The notes beneath the pieces were generated by a model. That model was not told the DNA's origin. It was given only the letters and a program-made list of their open reading frames with translations, and did not search any database. Below, piece by piece: positions 36,916 through 45,380 of a stretch of 64,000 bases of DNA (position 1 is its first letter; each line of letters opens with the position of its first letter). Position numbers and translations under genes: made by a program. This DNA is from a bacterium (GTDB taxonomy: Bacteria; 4484-113; JAGGVC01). The DNA is taken from the NCBI GenBank assembly GCA_021158185.1, contig JAGGVC010000104.1, positions 8,992-72,991 of the forward strand, read 5' to 3'.

Positions 36916-38307
36916 ATGAACGAGATAACGTCAACTACACCAGGACCGATGCTGGAAATCGGTTTCATCAGCCTTGGCTGCCCCAAAAACCAGCTTGACC
37001 TCGAGCTGATGCTGGGGCAGACAGCCGCGTGCGGTTACAGGATCACCAGTCGAATCGAAGACGCCGATGTAATCGTTGTAAACACATGCTCGTTCATCGC
37101 ACCTGCGCTTGAAGAAGCTGATAGGAATATACGAGATGCTGCGAAATACAAAGAACACGGCAAATGCAGATTCCTTATCGTCTCAGGCTGCCTTCCGCAG
37201 TATCTGAAGGAAAAAGCGCTGAGTGAGTACCCTTTCGTGGACGCGTTTATGACACCTGATGATGTAATGAGCCTTGCGGGAGTGATACGATCGCTCGAAA
37301 GTCAAGATCATCATAGATCCGATGATCTGAAGAGCCTTCTTCTGCCGACATTTCTATATAGCGGCAAGGAGCCGCGCATTCTGAGCACACCACCTGGGAT
37401 GGCTTACGTGAAAATCGCCGAAGGATGCAGTCATCGGTGCAGCTTCTGCATCATTCCGCAGCTGCGGGGCCGTTATCGCAGCCGAAGCGTTGAGAGCATA
37501 GCAATCGAAATCGAATCTCTGGTAGAGAAGGATATAAAGGAAATTGTCCTGATAAGCCAGGATTCAACGCAATTTGGCAGGGATCGAAAGGATGCAGGAG
37601 AAAACCTGAGATCGCTTTACGAGCGCTTAATTACGATTCCGGGCGATTTCTGGATAAGAACTATGTATCTTTACCCAAACAGAGTTGTTGAATCTGTTCT
37701 TGACATCATAAAAAGCCATTCCGATCGCATCCTTCCGTATTTCGATATACCAATTCAGCATATAAGCAGCGACTTGCTCGGCTCCATGGGACGAATCGGG
37801 GATCAACATGCTATAATTAGGTGTCTTGAGCAAATTCGTCGGGATGTTCCCGGCGCTGTGATACGTACTAGCCTGATTGTCGGGTTTCCGGGTGAAACCG
37901 AGGAGCAATTTGAAGAGCTTCTTGCGTTCATCAGTCAGGGATTGATTGACCGTTTGGGCGTGTTCACGTTTTCCAATCATCCTGGCATACCCGTCTATCA
38001 GGAATTTGAACTGATTTCTGAAATGGAGAAGTCCGTACGCCGCGATTTGTTGATGAAGGAGCAGGCGAAGATCGCGCAAGTTAGAAGCAATGACCTGGTC
38101 GGACTTGAGACCAGGATACTCATTCAGGATCGAAAAAGGATTGATGGACGAAGTTATGCTTACACGGGTCGAAGCTATCGAGATGCCAATGAGATCGATG
38201 GCGTTGTGCTTATTCGATCGAAGAAGCGAAGGCCTACGGGAGAATTCGCAAACGCACGAATAACAAAGGCTCATACATACGATCTGGAGGCGTCTTTCCT
38301 TCATTAA
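36916..38307 (+). CDS. rimO: Ribosomal protein S12 methylthiotransferase RimO (radical SAM, MiaB-like).
   Basis: N-terminal MTTase domain with GCPKN, a radical-SAM CxxxCxxC (CSHRCSFC), and a C-terminal TRAM-like region. Confidence 0.85.
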   Translation: MNEITSTTPGPMLEIGFISLGCPKNQLDLELMLGQTAACGYRITSRIEDADVIVVNTCSFIAPALEEADRNIRDAAKYKEHGKCRFLIVSGCLPQYLKEKALSEYPFVDAFMTPDDVMSLAGVIRSLESQDHHRSDDLKSLLLPTFLYSGKEPRILSTPPGMAYVKIAEGCSHRCSFCIIPQLRGRYRSRSVESIAIEIESLVEKDIKEIVLISQDSTQFGRDRKDAGENLRSLYERLITIPGDFWIRTMYLYPNRVVESVLDIIKSHSDRILPYFDIPIQHISSDLLGSMGRIGDQHAIIRCLEQIRRDVPGAVIRTSLIVGFPGETEEQFEELLAFISQGLIDRLGVFTFSNHPGIPVYQEFELISEMEKSVRRDLLMKEQAKIAQVRSNDLVGLETRILIQDRKRIDGRSYAYTGRSYRDANEIDGVVLIRSKKRRPTGEFANARITKAHTYDLEASFLH

Positions 38308-38355
38308 AGGCTTCTTTGTGGTGTGCGGCACCTCCATTCAAGCGGAGGTTGCAGC

Positions 38356-38829
38356 GTGGATCTGCACTATCTTGCAGGAGAGGTGCTGGATAAGCTTTCC
38401 AAGTCCGGCCGTACACTATCAACGGCGGAGTCCTGTACAGGCGGGCTCGTCGCGTGTGAGTTAACAAACCACCCCGGCGCGAGTCAGGTATTTTTAGGCG
38501 GATTCATCACTTATTCAAACGAGCTTAAGACTGAACTCCTGAATGTGGATGACGCGCTTTTGCGCGAGTTCGGCGCGGTTGATGAGCGCGTTGCTGTCGA
38601 GATGGCGGAAGGCGCCTGCAAGGCAACCGGATCGGACTATGCTATAAGCACAACCGGCATCGCTGGTCCTTCCGGCGGAACGCCTGAGAAACCAATCGGT
38701 CTCGTATATATTGGAGTGGCAGGTCCAAGCGGTTCATTTTCGAAAAAACTCGAACTGAGCGGGGATCGTATGACAATCAGGTCGGCATCATCTGAGGCTC
38801 TTTTCAAGCTTCTCCTGAGCCGTATTTGA
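38356..38829 (+). CDS. CinA C-terminal-domain protein (PncC-type NMN deamidase domain only).
   Basis: TAESCTGGL signature. A GGAGG Shine-Dalgarno lies 7 nt before the GTG at 38356; the track ORF begins at 38323. It sits directly upstream of recA. Confidence 0.75.
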   Translation: MDLHYLAGEVLDKLSKSGRTLSTAESCTGGLVACELTNHPGASQVFLGGFITYSNELKTELLNVDDALLREFGAVDERVAVEMAEGACKATGSDYAISTTGIAGPSGGTPEKPIGLVYIGVAGPSGSFSKKLELSGDRMTIRSASSEALFKLLLSRI

Positions 38830-38859
38830 TATTTCATCTTTTTTTCATAAGGAGTGGAG

Positions 38860-39891
38860 ATGGCTACGAATTCAAACAAGGACAAGGCGCTTGAAGCAGC
38901 GAAAATGCAGATCGAGCGTCAGTTTGGCAAGGGGTCGATTATGAAGCTTGGGGATAAACCTATGGTCAGAACGGCGGTGATTTCAACTGGCAGTCTTGCT
39001 CTTGATATTGCGCTAGGTACTGGCGGGCTGCCCTGCGGACGAATCGTCGAGATCTACGGCCCTGAGGCCAGCGGAAAGACAACTCTTGGTCTTCACGTAG
39101 TTGCCGAGGCACAACAGAAGGGCGGGCGCGCGGCGATAATTGACACCGAGCATGCGATCGACCCCGAATACGCGTCGAATCTCGGTGTGGACATTGACGA
39201 GCTTCTGATTTCCCAGCCGGATACGGGCGAACAGGCTCTCGAAATATGCGAGATGCTCATTAGGAGCGGCGCAATTGACGTGATCGTAATTGACAGTGTG
39301 GCGGCGCTTGTACCCAAGGCCGAACTTGACGGTGAGATGGGTGATTCCCACATGGGTCTTCAGGCGCGCCTAATGAGTCAGGCCCTTCGAAAGCTCGCAG
39401 GCATAGTCCATAAATCCAACACGATACTGATTTTCATCAATCAGATCAGAGAGAAAATCGGCATTGTATTTGGCAATCCTGAAACAACAACGGGCGGGCG
39501 CGCACTCAAATTCTATTCGTCGGTTCGAATTGAAGTGAGAAGGTCGGACAGCGTTAAGGTCGGGGCGGATATGATCGGCAACATCGTTACTGCAAAGGTC
39601 GTGAAGAACAAGGTTGCGCCGCCTTTCAAGAAGGTTCAGTTCGACATTATCTTCGGAAAAGGCATCTCGAAAACAGGTGACCTTCTCGATCTTGCAGTCA
39701 ACATGGGAATCGTTTCGAAGAGTGGTTCCTGGTATAACTACGGTGACGTGAAGCTTGGGCAGGGCAGGGAGAATGCCAAATCAGTGTTGGGCGATGATCC
39801 CAAGATGTTTGGAGAAATCAAGTCCAAGATAATCGACAAGTCAGGTATCGAGTTTGTTTCCGGGAAAGCGACTCAGGAAGTGGAAGCGTAA
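38860..39891 (+). CDS. recA: Recombinase RecA.
   Basis: AAGGAG Shine-Dalgarno 5 nt upstream. Walker [10 protein letters not shown], RecA loop motifs, ALKFYSSVR. Confidence 0.95.
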   Translation: MATNSNKDKALEAAKMQIERQFGKGSIMKLGDKPMVRTAVISTGSLALDIALGTGGLPCGRIVEIYGPEASGKTTLGLHVVAEAQQKGGRAAIIDTEHAIDPEYASNLGVDIDELLISQPDTGEQALEICEMLIRSGAIDVIVIDSVAALVPKAELDGEMGDSHMGLQARLMSQALRKLAGIVHKSNTILIFINQIREKIGIVFGNPETTTGGRALKFYSSVRIEVRRSDSVKVGADMIGNIVTAKVVKNKVAPPFKKVQFDIIFGKGISKTGDLLDLAVNMGIVSKSGSWYNYGDVKLGQGRENAKSVLGDDPKMFGEIKSKIIDKSGIEFVSGKATQEVEA

Positions 39892-39947
39892 TTTCGAATT
39901 TAACCGTTTCGGCAATGGTCGACGGAGGATAAAGCAGGTGATTAGGA

Positions 39948-41489
39948 ATGTCTGTTGCAGTTGTTTGGATATTGGCCGCTGTGGGGCTCGTTATCGGATC
40001 CGTAGTAGGCCACCTTGTGATTTGGCCGGCTTTATCGAGGAGCCGGGCGCAAAAGCTCCTCGAAGATACCGGGCAAAAGGCGGAATTAGAACGTGAAAGA
40101 GCAAAGGCCGATGCAAAGAAAGCTTTAGCCGATGCAAAGGAGGACGCCCAGAAAATTATCCAGGATGCTCTACGTGAAGCGAAGCATCGCGAACGTGAGA
40201 TCAAGAACAAGGAAAAGGCTTTCTATCGCCAGGAAGAGCGGCTTCAAAAGAACCAGGACAGGCTCGAACGTAAACACAGCCAGGTGGACAAGGTGATCGA
40301 GAATGCCGAAGAGCGTGAGCGAATGGCAATAGAAAGACTGGCTGAAGTCGATGCAACTCTCGAAAGAACCGCGAATATGACGACGGACGAGGCGCGCAAG
40401 GTTGTACTAGAAAAAGCTCGCGAGGAATCGGAGCACGAGATAGCCCGACTGGTTCGCGAGATCGAGGACGAAGCTCGTCAGGCTGCAATGAGTAAAGCGC
40501 GTCATATTCTCGTTGAAGCGATGCAGCGAACGACCGTGGATCACTACAGCGAAGCGATTATTTCAACGGTCGAGCTCAAGAACGACGACATGAAAGGGCG
40601 GATAATCGGTAGAGAAGGCAGAAACATCCGAGCAATCGAGGCTGCAACCGGTGTCGATGTAATAATCGACGATACACCGGGCATCGTCGTGCTTTCGTGT
40701 TTTGATCCGATTCGCAGGGAGATTGCGCGGCGCTCGCTCGAAATGCTCATTGCTGACGGGCGCATCCACCCGGCGAAGGTCGAGGAAATCGTCGAGAAGG
40801 TGACGCAGGAAATGGATGAGATCATCTGGGAAGCCGGACAGGAAGCCTGCTTCCAGACAGGGATAAGCGGACTTAATCCAGAGCTCGTCAAACTTCTCGG
40901 CAAGCTGCGCTTTCGAACGAGCTACGGGCAGAATGTGCTCAAGCACTCAATAGAAGTTGCGCACCTTGCAGGGATTATTGCTGCCGAGCTTGGAATCAGG
41001 TTGAAGAACGCCAAGCGCGGTGGTCTTCTTCATGATATTGGCAAGGCGATAGTTGCAGAGGTAGAAGGCAGTCATCCCGAGGTAGGAATGGAGATCGCTC
41101 GCAAATTCGGGGAGAACTCGGTCGTATGTAATGTCATCGGGGCTCATCACGGCGATATCGAGCAGACGCTTGAGGCTGCAATTGTCCAGGTTGCTGACGC
41201 ATTAAGCGCAAGCAGGCCTGGAGCTCGCGGAGAAGCGCTTCAGAGCTATGTCCAGCGCCTCACCAAACTTGAGGGAGTTGCATCCAAATTTGCCGGTGTT
41301 CAAAAGGTCTATGCGATTCAGGCAGGTAGAGAACTTCGAGTGCTTGTCAAACCCGAAGTTGTTGATGACGTGCTTTCCTGGGATCTCTGCCGCAAGATAG
41401 CGCATCAGATCGAAAAGGAGCTTGAATACCCCGGAATGATCAAGGTTACTCTGATCCGTGAGGTCAGAGAAGTGGAGTACGCGAAGTAG
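39948..41489 (+). CDS. rny: Ribonuclease Y.
   Basis: N-terminal transmembrane helix, a coiled-coil, a KH domain (GRIIGREGRNIRA), and an HD domain (HSIEVAHLAGIIAAE...LLHDIGK). Confidence 0.9.
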   Translation: MSVAVVWILAAVGLVIGSVVGHLVIWPALSRSRAQKLLEDTGQKAELERERAKADAKKALADAKEDAQKIIQDALREAKHREREIKNKEKAFYRQEERLQKNQDRLERKHSQVDKVIENAEERERMAIERLAEVDATLERTANMTTDEARKVVLEKAREESEHEIARLVREIEDEARQAAMSKARHILVEAMQRTTVDHYSEAIISTVELKNDDMKGRIIGREGRNIRAIEAATGVDVIIDDTPGIVVLSCFDPIRREIARRSLEMLIADGRIHPAKVEEIVEKVTQEMDEIIWEAGQEACFQTGISGLNPELVKLLGKLRFRTSYGQNVLKHSIEVAHLAGIIAAELGIRLKNAKRGGLLHDIGKAIVAEVEGSHPEVGMEIARKFGENSVVCNVIGAHHGDIEQTLEAAIVQVADALSASRPGARGEALQSYVQRLTKLEGVASKFAGVQKVYAIQAGRELRVLVKPEVVDDVLSWDLCRKIAHQIEKELEYPGMIKVTLIREVREVEYAK

Positions 41490-41499
41490 AGGGTTTGAG

Positions 41500-42252
41500 A
41501 TGAGTGGTCATAACAAGTGGAGCAGCATCAAGCATCGCAAAGGTGCGCAGGATGCAAAGCGTGGGAAGCTGTTTTCAAAGCTGATTAGGGAGATCGTTGT
41601 TGCTGTGCGCGAAGGCGGAATCGATGAGAGTTCAAACTCAACTCTTCGCGGGCTACTTGAGAAAGCCCGCGATATCAATATGCCGAAAGAAACTGTCGAA
41701 CGCGCGATTGTACGAGGAAGCGGCGAGTTGGGCGGAGAAGCATTTGAGAGGATTGTTTTTGAAGGCTACGGACCCGGCGGCGTTGCGGTCTTGGTAGAAA
41801 CGCTTACCGATAATCGCAAAAGGACAGTTTCCGATGTTCGCTATTCATTCAGCAAGTGCGGTGGAAACCTGGGCGAGAGCGGGTGTGTCGCATGGATGTT
41901 CGAAAGAAAGGGCAGGCTGGAAGTGCCTTGTGAAGGAATGGACGAGGATACGATGATGGAGCACGTCATCGAATCCCAGGCGGAGGATCTTTCAAGCGAG
42001 GACGGCTTTTATGTCGTAACCTGCTCAATAGAGGATTTCACTTCAGTCAGAGATTACTTCAAGGCGAAGGGTTTGAATCCGGAGAATGCAGACATCGTGC
42101 TTGTGCCCAAAAGCACCGTGAACATTCCAGACGAGAAAACTGCAGGACAGGTTTTTAGGCTGATAGATATGCTCGATGATCTCGATGACGTACAGAAGGT
42201 AAGCGCCAACTTCGAGATGGCGGATGAGCTAATGCAAAGGATGGCGGGATAG
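41500..42252 (+). CDS. yebC: YebC/PmpR-family transcriptional regulator.
   Basis: MSGHNKWSSIKHRKG... The track ORF starts 42 nt earlier. Confidence 0.9.
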   Translation: MSGHNKWSSIKHRKGAQDAKRGKLFSKLIREIVVAVREGGIDESSNSTLRGLLEKARDINMPKETVERAIVRGSGELGGEAFERIVFEGYGPGGVAVLVETLTDNRKRTVSDVRYSFSKCGGNLGESGCVAWMFERKGRLEVPCEGMDEDTMMEHVIESQAEDLSSEDGFYVVTCSIEDFTSVRDYFKAKGLNPENADIVLVPKSTVNIPDEKTAGQVFRLIDMLDDLDDVQKVSANFEMADELMQRMAG

Positions 42253-42734
42253 TGCGCGTATTGGGAGTTGATCCCGGCTATCATCGGATAGGTCTTGCAA
42301 TAGTGGAGTGTGCAGGCAATCGTGTTGCGCTTATTCGCAGCAGGCTTGTTGAAACAAGCAGAGAAGAGGACTTTCACCTGCGACTGCACGATCTTTTTGC
42401 TTCGGTTCAAGAAGCAATTTTGGAGTATAATCCTGATGCACTGGCGGTTGAGGAGCTTTTTTTTGCCAAGAACGTAAAAACCGCAATCGGAGTCGCGCAC
42501 GCGCGCGGGGTGATCCTCCTTGCTGCAGCCCAGGCGGGGCTTCCTCTTTTCGAATATAAGCCGTCCGTCGTCAAGCTTGCAATTACTTCGAACGGTAATG
42601 CGGATAAGGCACAGATCGAGTTTATGGTAGAGCGTCTTCTCGGCATTGATCTGAAGGGCAGAAAGGACGACGAGATAGATGCGATAGCTGTTGCGCTCTG
42701 TCATTCCTTCAAACACGGAGGCAAGAAAGGATGA
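42252..42734 (+). CDS. ruvC: Holliday junction resolvase RuvC.
   Basis: GTG start. ILGVDPGY, plus catalytic Asp/Glu positions. Confidence 0.9.
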   Translation: MRVLGVDPGYHRIGLAIVECAGNRVALIRSRLVETSREEDFHLRLHDLFASVQEAILEYNPDALAVEELFFAKNVKTAIGVAHARGVILLAAAQAGLPLFEYKPSVVKLAITSNGNADKAQIEFMVERLLGIDLKGRKDDEIDAIAVALCHSFKHGGKKG

Positions 42735-43342
42735 TTGCTTTCCTGGACGGCAAAATCGTTAGGATGAATCCTTCGGGCGTTCTGGAGCTTGCAGTGGGCT
42801 CTGTCGGTTTTGAGATTCAGACTCCGGCTTCTTACGAAAGTGCGTGGAGTCCGGGGGATGAGGTGCATATTTTCACGCATCTCGTTCTTTCCAACGAAAA
42901 ACCTACACTCTATGGCTTCGCGACTTCTGGGGAGCGGGACCTTTTCAGACTTCTACTTACAGCGACACAGGTAGGGCCAAGAATGGGCATAAGCCTGCTC
43001 GAACTAGGCGCGTTGACGATCGCGCGCGCGATCGCTTCGGGCGATTCCCGCACTCTTTCGGCAGCTCCAGGTATCGGTGCGAAGAAGTCCGAGCGAATAA
43101 TCCTTGAACTAAGGGACAAGGTTGGCGAGCTTTCGCTTTATTCAACAAGTGCGGAATTGAAGGATGCCGGTAGTGTACTCGTCATGGACGCATCTCAAGA
43201 AGCGGTCGAAGCGCTTGTGCAACTTGGTTTCACACACCAGTCAGCTTTGAAAGCAGTAGCTTCTGCTTGCGAAGATAGCGATGAGAACATTGATACAGCA
43301 GGTCTTATCAAACTTGCTTTGCGATTCGTCCGCGGCGCGTAG
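42731..43342 (+). CDS. ruvA: Holliday junction branch-migration protein RuvA.
   Basis: Its start overlaps the ruvC stop by 4 nt. MIAFLDGKI N-terminus, and an HhH region. Confidence 0.9.
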   Translation: MIAFLDGKIVRMNPSGVLELAVGSVGFEIQTPASYESAWSPGDEVHIFTHLVLSNEKPTLYGFATSGERDLFRLLLTATQVGPRMGISLLELGALTIARAIASGDSRTLSAAPGIGAKKSERIILELRDKVGELSLYSTSAELKDAGSVLVMDASQEAVEALVQLGFTHQSALKAVASACEDSDENIDTAGLIKLALRFVRGA

Positions 43343-43412
43343 GAGAACCTTTTTCCCCGGACGAACTCAGCCAGTTTGTCGAATGCTGATTTGCCATTTA
43401 ACATCGCTTGAA

Positions 43413-43440
43413 TTCAACGGTGCTTCTTTCATGTTATAAT
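43413..43440 (+). promoter_or_regulatory. Promoter for the amidohydrolase gene: TTCAAC, 16-nt spacer, TGtTATAAT (an extended -10).
   Basis: gaaTTCAACggtgcttctttcaTGtTATAATtttacg. The leader is about 25 nt. Confidence 0.4.
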
Positions 43441-43463
43441 TTTACGATTTTCCAGGCACTTTA

Positions 43464-44675
43464 GTGATGGGTACAATAATCAAAACAAGGGTGATTCTGT
43501 CTGACAGCCGTACCGTTCTTCACGGAAAGGCACTAAGATTCGCGGACGGCGTTATCGACCGAATTGCGCCGTTTGATACACTCATCCGCCGATATGCGGG
43601 GGATAAAGTCTTTGAATTCGAAAACGCTGCTCTGCTTCCCGGCTTTACAAATGCCCACTGCCACCTTGAACTTAACTGGTGCAAGGGAAAAATTAAATAC
43701 AACGGCAGTTTCATAGACTGGCTTCAGGCAATAAGGGATATCAAGTTCGGCTCAGATCCTCCTGAACCCGACCCCTTTCCATCGATCGAGGCGATGCTGA
43801 AAACCGGCACTACTACAGTCATAGACCACTATTCGATGCCGATGCCGATTGCGGCGATTCGAGCAACCGGAATTAGGTATTTTCCACTTAGGGAAATGTT
43901 TGAGTTCGATAATCACACGCCTAATGAAAAGGAAATAGCATTGCGCACTGCTTACAGTTTTGCGGTTCACTCGCCTTATACAACGTCCCGCGAAGTGGCT
44001 CTAACATGCAGGCAGCTTGCAGACCGATGGGGCCGACCGCTGAGCACTCACCTGTCCGAAATGCTGGATGAAATTGAGTTCATCAAGAAAAGCAATGAAA
44101 AGATCGAATGGCTGCTCAAGAAAGGCGATGCTTATAACGGCGGCTGGAAAGGGCAGGGAAAGACCCCTGTTGAATACTTCTTCCGAATGGGGCTTCTGAA
44201 TTCGCGTACTTACGCAGTCCACCTGAATTATTGGGAAAAGAACGACATATTCTTCCTGGTTAAGAGTGGATTGACACCTGTGTTTTGCCCAAAAAGCCAT
44301 CGCTACTTTGGTCATCCGCGCCACCCCATCGAAACGTACCAGCGCGCGGGCCTGAAGGTTGCACTTGGAACCGATTCACTGGCAAGTAACGATTCGCTGA
44401 ATATGCTTGAAGAAGCTCGGCTCGTAATGAAATCATTTCCCGACATGCCGCTTGCACGCCTGTTCGATTGCCTTACGATAAACGGTCTTCGCCCGCTCAA
44501 TCTTCACACGCGGCTTGGTACTTTGTCGGATGGGAAGGTAGCGGATCTTGCGGTCTGGCCGAATATCCAGGGCGATACCCCGGATGAGATTATCCACCAG
44601 GTCTTGAAAGGCGCAGACGAGACGCTGCTGACTGCTGTTAACGGCAAGACCGTACATTTAGTTGACGCGGTATAG
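43464..44675 (+). CDS. Amidohydrolase-superfamily metal-dependent hydrolase, in the nucleoside/aminofutalosine/guanine deaminase-like subgroup.
   Basis: N-terminal metal-binding HCHLE, and later HLSE and GTDS motifs. Confidence 0.7.
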   Translation: MMGTIIKTRVILSDSRTVLHGKALRFADGVIDRIAPFDTLIRRYAGDKVFEFENAALLPGFTNAHCHLELNWCKGKIKYNGSFIDWLQAIRDIKFGSDPPEPDPFPSIEAMLKTGTTTVIDHYSMPMPIAAIRATGIRYFPLREMFEFDNHTPNEKEIALRTAYSFAVHSPYTTSREVALTCRQLADRWGRPLSTHLSEMLDEIEFIKKSNEKIEWLLKKGDAYNGGWKGQGKTPVEYFFRMGLLNSRTYAVHLNYWEKNDIFFLVKSGLTPVFCPKSHRYFGHPRHPIETYQRAGLKVALGTDSLASNDSLNMLEEARLVMKSFPDMPLARLFDCLTINGLRPLNLHTRLGTLSDGKVADLAVWPNIQGDTPDEIIHQVLKGADETLLTAVNGKTVHLVDAV

Positions 44676-44703
44676 CATTGAGCGGAGCGTGCCCGATGGT
44701 GAG

Positions 44704-45315
44704 CTAGCACTTTCTGAAGAGCGCATATAGCTTTCCGAGAATCTTCACGTTTCTATAATCCCGGTCCGGATACTTGGGATTCCAGCTGCGCAGCGTGGTT
44801 TTAGCCTTTTTGTGCAACACCTGCTTGAGCGTGGCTTCATCATCAAGAAGGCAGGCCGCGATCTCACCTGTTTCAACATTGCTCTGTTTTCTGATAATGA
44901 CGGTGTCTCCTTCGAATATTCCCATGCCGGTCATCGAGTCGCCGCTCACGCGCAGTGCAAAGAAATCGTCCTTGTCGGGCAGATCACCCGGATAATCGAA
45001 AACGCCCTGAATGTTGCTGTCGGCGAAGATCGGCTGACCTGCCGCGATCGCGCCGAACAGCGGGACAACGCCACTCTGTCCGCGTGAAAGCTCCGCCTTG
45101 GCCCTCGGAGTAAGAAAAATTCCGCGGCTCACATGCTTGTTGCGCTCGATGTAGCCCTTACGTTCCAGTGCGAGAATATGATCGTAAGCGCCCTTGACGC
45201 TGCACTTGTACTGTGCCGCTATATCGCGGATCGTAGGCGGAAAGCCATTATCCCGTATGTAGTCGGCGACCATCTCAAGAATCAATCGCTGCTTTGCAGT
45301 TATTCCCTTGCTCAT
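44704..45315 (-). CDS. lexA: LexA repressor.
   Basis: N-terminal wHTH (RLILEMVADYIRDNGFPPTIRDIA), a C-terminal S24 peptidase with the Ser-Lys dyad (GDSM...K), and the autocleavage region AAG. The track ORF extends to a TTG at 45354; the ATG at 45315 fits LexA length. Confidence 0.9.
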   Translation of the reverse strand: MSKGITAKQRLILEMVADYIRDNGFPPTIRDIAAQYKCSVKGAYDHILALERKGYIERNKHVSRGIFLTPRAKAELSRGQSGVVPLFGAIAAGQPIFADSNIQGVFDYPGDLPDKDDFFALRVSGDSMTGMGIFEGDTVIIRKQSNVETGEIAACLLDDEATLKQVLHKKAKTTLRSWNPKYPDRDYRNVKILGKLYALFRKC

Positions 45316-45325
45316 AACATACAAT

Positions 45326-45354
45326 AGTATAGCATACAGATGTACTTTGTGCAA
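45326..45354 (-). promoter_or_regulatory. lexA promoter: TTGCAC, 17-nt spacer, TATACT. The -10 box ends 10 nt before the ATG. Its -35 box overlaps the divergent uvrC -35 box.
   Basis: Reverse complement: TTGCACaaagtacatctgtatgcTATACTattgtatgttATG. Confidence 0.4.
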
Positions 45355-45374
45355 GCCTTTCGACGCGGTATAAT
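45346..45374 (+). promoter_or_regulatory. uvrC promoter: a TTTGTG/TTGTGC -35-like box, then TATAAT ending 6 nt before the GTG start. Predicts a leaderless transcript.
   Basis: ttTGTGCaagcctttcgacgcggTATAATcccttt-GTG. Confidence 0.4.
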
Positions 45375-45380
45375 CCCTTT

